A DNA stretch of 63,102 bases, counting the filler, from Neolecta irregularis DAH-3 (taxonomy: Eukaryota): the NCBI GenBank assembly GCA_001929475.1. It is 12 parts of 12 records of this genome, joined end to end, with 100 filler letters (N's around TTAATTAATTAA, not from the genome) between each part and the next. Parts side by side here need not be neighbours in the genome. Positions count along the whole stretch, not along the records: positions 1 to 16,993 come from LXFE01002894.1; 11 more parts are not named here. One strand, 5' to 3'. A program made the position numbers and the translations under genes. Below are positions 1 to 12,440 of the stretch, one piece after another. The notes under the pieces are model-generated. The model saw only the letters and a list, made by a program, of their open reading frames with translations. It was not told the DNA's origin and searched no databases. The stretch's first letter is position 1, and each line of letters opens with the position of its first letter.

Positions 1-204
1 CATACATACAAAATATACAAAATCTAGGTCCCTGTAATAATATCAATCGTGCTTCTATCAAACCGGGTTTTCACACTGCTTTCCAATAATCGAGACCGAG
101 CTATGTTGGACCTAATGTCTTTCCCGTATACTTTAGATAGCACAAATGGCACCATGTCAGTAACACATTTCCGCATATCTTCATAGGTGCGATCGTATAT
201 ATTC
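1..204 (-). repeat. Near-identical copy of the 3' end of the secreted PAN/NLS family gene (about 12850-13051); paralog fragment or haplotig
   Basis: Matches about 12850-13051 with a few substitutions (VKTRFDRS vs VKNRFDRS); cut by a 10-N gap. Confidence 0.85.
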
Positions 205-1318
205 NNNNNNNNNNAATAGACACGATCGAAATGTTGACAGGTTACCAGAGCGGTGATCATCCTCTCATTATTGAACGGCCATCGTCACTCGTGACCAGTG
301 GGGAATCGATATGTTCCTTGCCTATGCAACCAAATATTGCTGATGGAGCTACCAACGCACCTGTACAATTAGATGGTCCAGAGCGTCCTAGAAAGAAGGT
401 ATCCGACTCGAATATACATTATCCTGAATGTATGCGTAGAACCGAAAGGTAAAGTTGCCTCCCGATGAGTATGTTTGCGCAAGTTGCGGTACCACTGATT
501 CCCCCGAATGGAGAAAAGGTCCCATGGGACCAAAAACGTATCATGTTCCATTTCGCTTTAAAATGTAATTTATAGTCTCTGCAACGCCTGTGGCCTACGT
601 TGGGCCAAAAGAGAAAAGAAGCATTCAAGATTATCGGACACAAATCTCCAAGTACCCAACACTTAACCCAAGCCATCACGCTCGAATAGAAATACCCATT
701 CGGTCAGTCCTCTGTGTTTCCTAGAACCTTAATTGTGTGGGCTTCTCATTCGTCGGATTTCTTTCAAATATGATTTGCATTTCGGTAAATCGAGCATGAT
801 TTTACTTGTTCCCATTATTTTCCGGAATATTAATGGTCTGTACTTTTCCCAGTCAAGGTCATTTTGTGGAGTCTTTTCCCTGTGTGATCTGCATTTCTGG
901 CGTTTTGTGTGTTTGCACGTTGTAACCCGAAAGACAGTTAGATTGTAAAACACTACAAACAGATAATTTTGACCAAAACTAATCCCGTGTCTTCGCGTAC
1001 ATCCTAATATTGGTGTCCAGTTTTGCTATTCGAGTACTAATGTAGCTCTGGTTATGAATCATGCAACTAACTAACGGACTAATTCTATAACAACGCTTGT
1101 TGATTAATTAGTGGAAAATGACGAGGTACATCTCTGCGGTCAGAAATTGCCGACTTGGTCTCCTGCAATCTCTGGCAAACATTTGTGGAGACAACATGTT
1201 GATGAGGTTTGAATGATTTAACCCCGTTCGATTGAGATCACTAGTGAACTACATTCAAATCTCCATAAACGAATAAAAGACTGCGCAACCCTCCTTAAAC
1301 AGCATGACTGATGACTAC

Positions 1319-2611
1319 TCAAATTTTGGCAGCCGGCGCCTTCATTAGTGGTGGTCTTTCTGGGCATCTCCGGTCCCAAGCAGTATGACTTCCCCCACAA
1401 GTAACACAAACATACTCTTTCGGTCCCATTCCACAGGCACTCCTCTCATGCACCCCTGCACACATCGGACAAGTAGGCCATTTCGCTTTACACAGACTTA
1501 CCCCGTGGCCCCAACGATAACAACGACTGCACTGAATTGATTTTGGTTTAAATTTATTGCAAAGTATGATTTGACCGTTGATAATAATACCGTTCACGAC
1601 AAGATATTTCATTGTGGCGCTACTTGTCACACGGATTAATAGCGCGGAAGTTACTGGATGGTGACCTTTTCTCGTCAACCATGCAAGTTCGGTGATATCC
1701 AGACCGGGAACATTACTATTCTCAGTCGAGATTTTATCGATTGTTGCGTAGACGACGGGAAAGGAGAGGTTGATTGAATCTACGGGAACTCGATGACCGA
1801 CAACAGCGTAATTTTGCGATACAAATGGACTCGGTGAACCTTGTGAATGACCTTTAAACACTCGAGGGCTTTTACTGCCACTTAATTCAATAGACGCTGG
1901 ACGTTCTGGGCCGTCTTGGTTTGCAAGATCGAAAGATAAAGATGTTTGTTGCTTTCCTGAAGCAACTGGATAAATATCAGACCGGGCTCTCGACGATGGA
2001 AAGGCCAGTTGAGCATCACCATTTACAAGTTTCTCCAACCGTGGACTCTCCCGAGTCCAACAAGATCTCCATGGGCCACCTGAGCCATAATTTACAGATC
2101 CACATGTCGTCAATTCAATTGGACGATCATCTGGAATATGTTTGTCGAGTTGGTGGTAATTCGTGGTATGAAGCGATAATGCCAAACTTTTCGGCGAGCC
2201 CACTTCCGCAGTCCCACCTTCCACATTCATTTTTGAAGACGAAGGTCGAGATTCATTCGTACACGACCAATCAAAAGCGCTCATCGTCCTTCCATGTTCA
2301 TCGATTTCATCGGGATACGTAGAGGCGTGCGAGTGGTCAGATTCGGGTAGCGGCATTTCTATTGATTCTCTCTCAGACTGGCTATTGTCTGCACAGTTTG
2401 ATCGGGCTATACGGTCGCTTCTCGATAGAAAGCCGAGATCATTTACGATTTTGACGATCGAATTATAGATTCTGTTGTAGCCTCCTAATGTGCAAGTTCT
2501 TTGCTTTGTGTCGGTGCCCAGGGGCATATGCACGACATCGTCCAGCAATGATAAACTCTCAAACAGAACAGTGTCGATTGATCGGCCTCGGAAAGAAATT
2601 GATGAAGCCAT
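1319..2611 (-). CDS. LINE ORF1/Gag-like protein with three C-terminal CCHC zinc knuckles (paralog A)
   Basis: Motifs CSRCYRWGHGVSLC, CPMCAGVHERSAC and CVTCGGSHTAWDRRCP. Start placed at MASSIS (2611) because it aligns with the N-terminus of 4412. Confidence 0.8.
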   Translation of the reverse strand: MASSISFRGRSIDTVLFESLSLLDDVVHMPLGTDTKQRTCTLGGYNRIYNSIVKIVNDLGFLSRSDRIARSNCADNSQSERESIEMPLPESDHSHASTYPDEIDEHGRTMSAFDWSCTNESRPSSSKMNVEGGTAEVGSPKSLALSLHTTNYHQLDKHIPDDRPIELTTCGSVNYGSGGPWRSCWTRESPRLEKLVNGDAQLAFPSSRARSDIYPVASGKQQTSLSFDLANQDGPERPASIELSGSKSPRVFKGHSQGSPSPFVSQNYAVVGHRVPVDSINLSFPVVYATIDKISTENSNVPGLDITELAWLTRKGHHPVTSALLIRVTSSATMKYLVVNGIIINGQIILCNKFKPKSIQCSRCYRWGHGVSLCKAKWPTCPMCAGVHERSACGMGPKEYVCVTCGGSHTAWDRRCPERPPLMKAPAAKI

Positions 2612-2872
2612 CGGTATTGTTTGGTAGAGCTGAAGGGTTACGTGGAAATGGTGCAGTTTAGGGCGATGGCCAGCCAATCAGTCCCAACAGATCTTTGACT
2701 ACGTCATCCTTGAGATACCGAAATCAAAATTCCAAGAATGATTGGCGAGTGATATTGAAGACTATGTTCTCGTCCACAAAGACAACGTGTAACGCCAAAA
2801 CCCAGAGAGTTCCCCTCGCCAGTCATACATACACCCAACCAAATAATGCTATGCATCTTGTATTTTTGGAAT

Positions 2873-3840
2873 CTATCCGTGGACCTGATTGGTCGCAGCC
2901 GACCATCGTCGTCCTTCTTCCCAGACATTGTAGTTTCGTTCATTTTTGGCTACACGGCCATTGGCAGAGATGATCTCGTCGCCTTCACCCAAGTCAGTCG
3001 CTCGCGAGGAGGACACGTGTTGAGGGCCGCGGGAGGATGCAGAGCCGGATCGAACGGAAGAAAATGGACTGGAGCTTTGGCTATATGCAAGAGAGGGGAT
3101 GGTTGTTCCGTCGACTTGAGCAAGGGTCTCTTCTGTCAAAAGAGCAATGACGGGGGTGGGGAGGTTCATCTTCTTGAGCTCTAGGGTGTGAGTGGGATGG
3201 GTGGGGTGCATATACCCTTGCGAGTCATTTCAAAGTGAAGTCGAACCACGCTCTCTATTTCCCCAAACTGGTTGTCAAAGGCATCCATCCCGAAGCCTAA
3301 ACAGATGAGAGGGCGTGGGATGGAACGATGGCATACAGTTGTCTCGGTGGTTTGAGAGTTTTGTGGCGGCGATGTATGCGCTGAAGGCCTCGCTCAGCGA
3401 ACGGTGGTCCTCTTCGAGGATTGTGAGAAAGCTGTGCCTACCGCGTGAGATGGAGTGTATGCGCATACATGCCTGATTGTCGCGAGAATCATCTCGAGCG
3501 TCTCGACGTGGGCAAACAGCACGGCGGTTCTGGGCTTGTCGTCCTCGGAAAACATCCAGGTTGCGGGCACGCGCAGGACCTGGCGGAAGCGGGCGAGCAG
3601 ATAGAGGATGTTGTCGAGCATCGTCAGCGTGCCGAGCGGGTGGCCGAGCACAAAGTCGTAGATGTGGGCGCGGATGTTTTCTGCCTCGGACGGCAGGCGG
3701 CAGTATGCGGGATAGCCGACGGCACAGGCGGCCATGACGAGGCTGGCGGTGGTGGAGTGCAGGCTCGCAATCAGCTTGGACAGCAGCGGCATCGCAGGGC
3801 AGCGGCGGGCAGCGGTAGTAGGCGGCGGGGACATGGCCAT
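2873..3840 (-). CDS. Putative multi-exon hypothetical protein, GC-rich 5' part
   Basis: ORF pieces 3394-3870, 3275-3466 and 2873-3211 can be joined in frame through short G(T/C)..AG introns; no family recognised; ends uncertain. Confidence 0.4.
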
Positions 3841-3981
3841 CGGCGGCAGGGAAAAAAAGGGTGCGGGCAAGGAGAGTCGCCGTGGCCTGCGTGCCGCCTC
3901 TCCACCCGCACCCTTAACCCGCAGTCTTAACTGTCTGTCTGTGTCGCTGCAGTGCCGTCTACGTGCCTGTCTGCTGATGGC

Positions 3982-4143
3982 TATGGTATTCAGTGCTGTG
4001 GGGTGACTGCTGGTATCTATGGTATTCGGTGCTGTGGGGTGATTGCTGGTACCTATGATATTCAGTGCTGTTGGATGGATGTTTGATGATATCTAGATAC
4101 TCGGTGCTGTGGGATGATTGCTGATATCTATGATATTCAGTGC
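3982..4143. repeat. Degenerate tandem repeat of about 36 bp (about 4.5 copies)
   Basis: Unit like CTATGGTATTCAGTGCTGTGGGGTGACTGCTGGTAT; reads as STEYHRYQQSPH repeats on the minus strand. Confidence 0.85.
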
Positions 4144-4411
4144 GTGACGGCTTCGGGATGATGGATGATATTCCAGATGATTCTAATGCTAATCCTGAAT
4201 CAATACCCGGATATCCTGGTTCGTGCCTGGATACGGGGCAGTGCCGCATGTTTGCTGCAGGCGCGCTATACTGGCTGTATGCTGCAAGGCCAGACACCCA
4301 CCCTACTAGCGCACTCGCCACATTCATCTCATAAGCGATGGGCTCATTCAATAGCTCTTCGCCCCTGCGTCGTCCCTCCAGCATCCCCATACACGTCTGC
4401 AACATCCCCGC

Positions 4412-5394
4412 ATGCCTCCCAGCTCCTCTGCAACCCTCCCGGGCCTAGAGGGAGTCCTATCCACCAGCTTGGACTTGATGAACATGCTCCTCAATCTTTC
4501 CCAATCCCCCCTGACCCCTTCTTGCAAACGCACACCCACAGTTTACACTGACATTCAGCAAAAAGTCATAGACATTGTCGATGACTTGACCGCTCTATCA
4601 AACCGTATGCGGGCTTCGGATTCCGTCAGCTCCATCATTGGCTCTCACAAGGCTTCAAGTACGCCTTCCCAAAGTACCTCTGCTTGCTATAGCAGCGACA
4701 GCAGTCATGAATCGTTTGAAATGCATTCGCCTAGGTCTTCCAGTCCAGTCTACCAGGCCTGTACTCCAGCGCGCTTTCGGGTCACATACATCGCCCAACC
4801 CCCGAAACCGTCCCAGAGATTCTTTGCTGTCGTAGCAAAAAACCTTTTCGTTGCAGACTACCCAATCTCGCAAGGTGCTACCGAGAGCATCATTGAAAAG
4901 TTCGAGCTAGACAACTCCAATATCCCGGGATTTTGCATCCTCAACTTGCGATGGCTGACGAAGCCAAATTCCTCACCGCAACTCGGCCCCATGTTATTGC
5001 AACTATCTTCTCTCGCTTCTACCCATGCTGCAATCCAGAGCGGATTGAATATTGATGGAGTTGTCCATCCTTTGACTCGTTTCCATCCAGATCTCATTCT
5101 CTGCGGGCGATGCTATGAGTGGGGACACTTTATACGTGGTTGCAAGGCCCGAAACCCGACATGCGGCTATTGTTCAAAGCCGCATATGGCTCGTTCCTGT
5201 AAAGTATGTTGCATTTCCATCCCTCGATCACAGACACATAGTGTGCGTCTTGTTCTTCCGGATACGTGACCCAGCACTGCAGCCATATACAATTAAAGTG
5301 TCCAAACTGCTTTGGTAACCACGCTGCATGGGATCCTACATGTCCTGAGATACCTGAGTACCGACCTCGAGGACGGAATAATAGTCGCAAATAG
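4412..5394 (+). CDS. LINE ORF1/Gag-like zinc-knuckle protein (paralog B); probable intron 5204-5241
   Basis: CGRCYEWGHFIRGC and CGYCSKPHMARSC in exon 1. A 38-nt GTATGT..CATAG intron joins in frame to ...KCPNCFGNHAAWDPTCP...RK*. Confidence 0.75.
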
Positions 5395-5491
5395 GTATTT
5401 TGTTTGAGTTTGTAATTTTTGGGTCAAATATGAAACAAAACATTGGGAAACAAATACAAATTTATGCACATTGACCTGTAAACATACATTA

Positions 5492-7934
5492 CTAATGTAA
5501 ATAACACAAATCAGGATCTTTCGCATTATTACCCCACCAATGTGGAATTGCCACTCTGGGAAATGAAATGAACAGAAATACCATAATAACTGCCATGTTT
5601 GCTCCGCCTTCTAATGCAACATCCATAAGAAAATCGTATTTACGGAACCATCGTTCGTGATATCGTCGTAGCCAAAACATACTCAACACACTGAATATAA
5701 AACTCGTCGTGAGACCAGTAGCAGGTTCTGCAGGACAATACATAGCTCCGATGAAGATAATTGGAATGGAAATGAGATCCCATTTAAGATTTCGAGATTT
5801 GAAAATTCGAGAGAGTGTGTAAAGAATCAAGGGCAGAGTTGCCCCAAGAACCAAACCGTAAGGGATAATTCGAAATTGAGGAGAAGATAGGCTCCGCTTT
5901 GATCCAAGCAGTCCCCAAACCAAACTTGAAGAGTAGAAAAGACGTTCTCGCCGGGCTTCCCAGATGCCACCTACCGACGTACTGGTCAAGTCCTTTCGAT
6001 GCTCCGAAACAAGACTATTTGCAACTTGCCAATTTACGAATAATCCTAGAGCTGTACCGTAAAGCATCGATATCAGCATTGGCCGTTCTGGAATTTTCCT
6101 AAAGAGTTAGCCATTTGAACATGACACAAAAGCTACATGTAATAACCAAATTTGAAGAAACCAGCGAGGTGAAGGGCTTGGGTAACAGCATTTGAACAGA
6201 AGACGCGAAAGGTCATGTTGGCAAATGGCCGCCCTGGAATCACATACCCACCGATGATCTCAGAAACGATAGCAACATCGATTTTCTGTCCAGAGATTCC
6301 AAAAAGAATACCATCTGGAACAACAAAGATAGCCGCAATCGCTAGAGCCAATAAGACAGCCCACCAAGGAAGTTTGAATTCATAGAGATATCCAATAAGA
6401 GTGATGCCGGTGAGAGATAATAGGACAAACGAGTAGTATAACCAAATAGAGACGGGTGGGCTATGTTTTGTCAATGCGAGATATGGATCATCTGATTTGT
6501 GCCCAGGATGGAGAATCGCGCGTTTGATTTGAGGTCCATAAAACAGAGCCGTGAAGACAATTAATGAAGATGCAGCTCCAAATTGCCAAAAATATGACAA
6601 CGTAAGACTAGAGAGTTAATGTTACCGTAATCAGTAGAATGTAAACCTTGTACTAACATCAAGATCATCACTTCCTAACAAAGTCTCATTAAGTAGATGT
6701 TCAGGGGTGAGATAATCATAGACGATAAACTCGGTTCCATTTTTGAACGCCACCTCAAGACTATTTGGCGGAATAATGTGACTTGTTCCAAAAGCATTAC
6801 TAAAATAGATTGCTGGTGCAACAATCCATGTAGCAATCATAGCCCCTGCGAAGAAATTCATGCTGGACCAGAATGGAATCGTCAGAGGTTGAAGTTTGTT
6901 GATAATTTCCCAGTCAAGGGTCAATGAGCCAAGTGCGAATTCCTTGGAGCTGCCGAGGTAGTAACTTGCAAATGACCCGCCTCCAACCCAACAAATCCAT
7001 GGCAGCGCACTGAGGAGTGGAAAGATGGTGGTTGGGAAAAGTTGCCAAAGAAAGATCCCCCCAAAAATGAGAAAGAAGAATTTTTGTCGTTTCTTAGAGC
7101 TTCCTCCTTCTGTGTGTAAAGCATTGAAAAACGAGATATTGGGCAAATTGCCCTGAAAGTATTAGTCAATCGTATTTGAAAAGACGTACTGGGTAATAAA
7201 GAGCTCTTGGTTTGATCAAAACTGCTCGAAAGATACCAACAAAACCAAATCCAATGAGCTGGGAAGATGCGAGAAGGATCACAGCTCCGAGCGATGCCAT
7301 CCTGCCAGATTCCTCCCTAGTGGGACCGAAATAGAGGTCCATAGAGACCAAGATATCGATCGCGGGCCTATTACATCAGAATTTCCAAAAGCATGGAGCT
7401 ATACGCAACGGTCAAAGTAGCCCAATAGCACATAACAATCAGTGAATGTTCTTTGGAATTAAAGTGCCCAGGATTCATAGTGAAGGAATGGCCAATTACA
7501 GTCCATTGTCGAGTTGGTAGGCACCATGCCATGAAGAGACCCATGACGTAGCTACCCAGAGCAACAACTGAGGAGGGAAATCCCTCCCCATTTGGTAAAA
7601 GGTATTGCAAGGTGGATACGGCAGTTCCTCCCAGTACCCAGAATGTGGACAATATCCAGAAACGAAAGGTAAGTATTGGCAACGTTGCATCGTCATCAAA
7701 AGTTACCGTCATACTTAGAAGGTCTGGTATATTCTGTCTCTATCAGCTTCCTGGTTCAATATAATGTTCACCAACCTTATCCGACAATATATTCACGGAC
7801 ATTTCGGTACCAGCCGAATCAGTTCTCTCAAGAACCCCATGTTTGATAACATTCGGCTCTTCTGGAACAAGCTTCTCGTTGGACAAAGTGTAATCAAGAT
7901 AATCGGGGGCAGCAAGAGGCGGTGTGTTGGACAT
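5492..7934 (-). CDS. OPT-family oligopeptide transporter (multi-exon)
   Basis: Motifs DDATLPILTFRFW, NPGHFNSKEH, LASSQLIGFG, PGRPFANMTF, FKFGYYM, WWGN; many TM segments. Confidence 0.93.
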
Positions 7935-8424
7935 TCTGCATATGTTTGTGGAGGTAAAGGACCAAAGACAAGAGTGAATCTGAGAGTCTGCGTTGCCATC
8001 TGTTCCCGGAAATGTCCCGGAAATGTCCCGGAAGCGGGAGCGGATGTCGAAGTCTGGGGCTGGTTGACCAACCACCTGATTTCGCAGATGGAACTTTTCT
8101 TCTCATAACCCTCAAAGGCGCTCGTGTTAACATTTCAATACCCGTCTACATACAAAACTCCCAATTCAAACCAATTGAGATTATCCAATAAATAAGCAGT
8201 GCAATCTTTGGTTATAAAATAACTCGATATTCATTTACAGGTGTGATTAAAATACAGTGGATGTTTTGGTTGAGAGTTTTTATGAGACCGATCGCATTGA
8301 GAATATGTTGTAATTATTGAATATACCAAATTGTATGATATTTGGGCGAAAAGGGTGGCTCGTGAGCGCACGCTAAAATTTAGGGGGGAAAATTCGTTTC
8401 GCAACCTCGTCTACTCATAATGCA

Positions 8425-9960
8425 ATGGGTGTATCAGGTTTGGTACCGTTTCTCACCAAAACCGTTCCGGAGACGGTAAAAAAAGTTTTATTGGAAGACT
8501 TGAAAAATTTTACAATTGCCATTGATGGTACGATCATCTTGTTTGAAAGTAAACTTGATTAGGCACTCTATTTATCCGAAAGTTTTATGCCTCTCCAAGA
8601 TATACCGTTAATCACCCTAAAAAAGCCCTGGCTTTTGCTTTTCATTTAGCGAGGGCATGTCGCCAAATGAATATTTTCCCAGTAGTCCTTTTCGATGGCA
8701 AAGATTGTACGCCGGCCAAGCTTAAAGAACGGGCTCGAAGAAAATTGATCTTTGAACAGCATCTAGTTCGTGTTTCCGAGGAAAAAGCTAGAAATTCGCG
8801 TTTAACGAACTTGAAGACACTGCTGAAGAAAGTTGGAAAGCTTCCAGCAGAGGAGCAGAAGAAGATTATTCTTGCGGCAAAACCTCTACTTGAAACAAGC
8901 GCTGTTCCTAAACCTGGATTAGTCGTCACTGGTAAAGAAACTATCAAACCCAAAGAAAAACCTGTCAAACTTGACTCATCAACTCAAGCCTTGGCAAACA
9001 AATTCACAAAACTTGTTGCAGATGTTCTCTCACGACATGACACCCTGTCTAAAAATGAAGTCACTCTTGTCCGAACAATAGTTGCACAAGATGGCGAGGT
9101 GGTAATATCTAAAATGGTTGAAAATACATACTATCTCGAAGAAGAAACTCAAAAAACGCTAGTCAATTTCCAACGCAGAGTCGAAAAACCTAAAGGGGCC
9201 GACCTCAAAATAGCCAAAAAAGCCTTATCGGCTTTAGGAATTTCAGTAATCACTACAAATTTATTCGAGGCGGAATGTCATGCGGCAGCTCTAGTCAAAA
9301 ACGGATGCGCTGAATTGACTGCTTCTGAAGTATACTACGATTTACAATGCCAAGCTGATAAACAGGATACTGATGTCTTGCTTTACGGTTCGCCAATGTT
9401 GCGGGGCTTCATGACGAGTCAGGCACATGACAACATGTTTCTTGTTAAACCCCACATCGTTCAAGAAACAATGGGCTTGAGTGAATCCGAATTCCTAGAT
9501 TTCGCTATTTTATGTGGCAGTATGATACCAGTACGTTACATGCTAACTTGTAGCTGATTTCTCTGATAGGATACCAAAAGTTGGACCATCTAAAGCGATT
9601 GAATTGATTAAACAGTATCACACGATTGAAGATATTGTAAACCACTTGTCACAACATAAAAATAAAGGCGGAAACTGCAAATTTTCTGTGCCCGAGTCAT
9701 ACCTTCAAGAAGTCGCTGAAGCAAGGACAGTATTTACTTCACTTCCTGGACTTGAAAAGCCTCATACAAATCTTGGAAATTTAAAGGAGACTTGGTTTTC
9801 CATGTCTCTAGATGCTTATCAAGCGCGAGAGGATAAAGTATTGGAACAATGTGAAACTACTTGGAAAGATCTCCGAGGGTTGTCTACAGAAAAGTATACA
9901 TTTTCAATCCACAACCCATTTGGAGAAAATATTTTTCAAGACCAGCCAAACCATTTGTAA
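8425..9960 (+). CDS. XPG/Rad2/FEN1-family PIN-domain nuclease (multi-exon)
   Basis: N-terminus MGVSGL...IAIDG (35-nt intron 8528-8562), VLFDG, EAECHAA, SEDTDVLLYG, FAILCG.DF...IPKVGP H3TH motif. Confidence 0.88.
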
Positions 9961-10131
9961 TTATCATAGGGCTAAAGCGGACATTTTTACTACAGAAAAA
10001 GAAGAATGTCCTGTCTATAAGCCACGCTACCAGTATATCACAAAATAACAAGAATCTATTGTCTTTGAACTCGATTATAGAGTTGCTACAATGGCATTCA
10101 GTTGAAAAAAACACAAACGCTTGAACGAATG

Positions 10132-11272
10132 TTATAGCCTCTTCCCTGGCACCAGGGTAAAAAGAAGAGTTAACGCGGTGGTAGAAATAAGAGTGAGGAA
10201 TAACACCCACAAAGAACGACTAATTAAAAGCTTGCGCACAGGTTTGATTAGAAAAAATAATTGTAAAAGAAATACCATAAGGCTCGCGTATGCGTATAAA
10301 AGACATAAATGTACTTTCACTGAAACCGGCGAGAGCAAGAATAGGATCCAAGTTGAAATGATGTGCCAGTAAACAGTACATTGCAACAGTAAAAGGAAAC
10401 AACAACTTGGTATTAGCGAAAAAGAATAAACAAAAAGGTACCCAAACACGAGTTGTCTTGGGCTTTATATCCAGAAATATCAAAGAAAACGAAGTCCATA
10501 AAGAACCCAAAAGAGCGAATAAACCGATAACCAGTCGTAATACGGAAGACGAAGGGACTAGATTTCCCAAGGCTTTAGCTGCGAGGAATCCTGGAGCCGC
10601 ATCTCTTTCCATTGCCTGGAAAATATATTCTTGAGCTTCATCAAAGACTTCTGGGTCGTCTCGTCCTTCGACTTCAATTGCAGTGGATATACTACGGACG
10701 ATATGCGCGGGTAATGGAACTTCTCTTTCTGCGCCTTGAATGAGATAGGTGTACAAGATTCTCTCAGCTGAAGCTCGAAGGTCTGCTCGACCGACTGTAT
10801 TTGTAGCAAGCCCTATTGAAACATCTGCACTTGGACGACGATTCACAGGCGGAGAAGGCGAGCGACGGTCTACGTACTCGAACGTTGGTGATTCCGAGGG
10901 TGGCTGGCCTCGTAATGTAGAAACAACACGCAAGTTGTCTTTGTATGTATCGGGATTCAACGCTGACATGCTCTCTGCCTTTTCAAGGTCAGGTGTAGAG
11001 CTGAGTAGGGATCTTCGTAATTCTCTGACGTACAAACGACATAAACTCGTGTGTTGAGAAATATCCAACCATAAATCCAAGTCTAAAACCGTCAACGGTG
11101 ATACCAGGCATGTAATACAGTCCACACTACGCTGCTGGTCCCGCATGTAGATGTAGAAACTAAACAGATCGACGGGGGGAAGAGACTTTCTGTCGAGAAT
11201 CTCGGTCAGAGTAGGCTACGAATAAGCAATCGCCAGTATAATCAATACGAGTCTTTTCCTAGACATCCCCAT
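10132..11272 (-). CDS. RAX1: Rax1-like RGS-domain bud-site/polarity protein
   Basis: LPPVDLFSFYIYMRDQQRSVD, ASAERILYTYL..GAERE, EGRDDPEVFD, C-terminal TMs ending VPGKRL. Confidence 0.9.
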
Positions 11273-11509
11273 GACGGTCGATCAAGACACAAGCAATCAA
11301 ATGGTAAAGAGCGACAGGCGGGGCTGAATGGTAGAGAAAGAGACAGGGGAGGCGGACTAGAAGGATACAAGTTGGAGTTTAGTGCAAGAAATCGCGTGCT
11401 TTGCGCGCGCACCACCAAGAAAACCCAATAGGATACTACGTCAAACCCATTGTTGGCAATGGGCCAAAGTCCGACCCACTTGACTCAAACCTGGCTATAG
11501 GGAACCTCC

Positions 11510-12440
11510 CTATAACGAATCCGACTGGCTTCCAAAATTGATTTATATGGGGTATAAAGACATCCTCAAACATGGCCGTTTATTCGTTTGAAACTTACAT
11601 CACTACAGAAGATCTCCAATACGAATTTGGGAAGTTTGGGCCTGTTGAAGAGGTATTTCTTTTTGTCATTTCGCGCTATTCACAGGCGTACGAGACAAAT
11701 CGCATATTTTATTCTTTCAAGAGTGTGTTTTATATTGAGAATTAGATAGTGGAATTTCTGGCAACTTTTCCCTATCCTACATGTTATTGTACTACCAGGT
11801 TCAGATGCCAATTGATTCTGTGAGTTTAACCCTAAGGTTTGGCAGAATTTTATTTGCGAAGCTGTCCTCGATAAGCAACTTGTTACACATCTTGCCATCC
11901 TATCCAAAGAAATCAAATGAAGTCGATGAATTCTCAATACGAAAACTACAGCTGAAGAAACAAAAAGAAGTTTGCTGAAAACTAGAAAGTGGGAAGGAGG
12001 TTTGGAATTGGAATAAACGCTCACTCGCTTATTCTCTGGTTGTGAAGGGTTTGTATCGGCAAAAGTTAACGTCAAACCGGACTCAAAAAACATTCGCAAA
12101 ACGCCAAGTGTAGGGTTCGCATTAACGAACAAGTTGTGAAAGCTATGATTGAGAAGCAACAGATCGCTGTTGACGGGCATGCTTTGCAATTAAGCATGTC
12201 AAAGAAGGAAAGCAAAAAGGCTGTTGAAGGAAAAGGAACTAAAGTTCAGTTTATTATTCGAACTTGATCTTCGAGCTCTTCTTAGGTATTGTATGACGCG
12301 GAGTATGACAATAGTTGAGTCCCAAGGTCATTCGACTTCCCATAGTTAATTCAAGTAGAGGGTCTACTATTGCAGAGTTGTCACGGAGCGAGAAGCCAAA
12401 AATGCTATTGATTGACTTTGAACAATCTGTAAAGTTACTG
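11510..12440 (+). pseudogene. Degraded MRD1-like multiple-RRM pseudogene
   Basis: HGRLFV*NL, then a frameshift to YITTEDLQYEFGKFGPVEE; later GFVSAKVNVKPDSK..SVGF, VDGHALQL and VIRLP..NSSRG resemble Mrd1 RRMs, broken by stops and frameshifts. Confidence 0.6.

Noticed and set aside
1..204. A fourth genuine copy of the secreted family
   Set aside because: Nearly identical to about 12850-13051 and bounded by a 10-N gap, like the CK2 fragment at 19969; cannot be distinguished from a haplotig.
8003..8033. CCCGGAAATGT repeat upstream of the OPT gene as a transcription-factor site
   Set aside because: Only 2-3 copies, and no specific factor can be supported from sequence alone.
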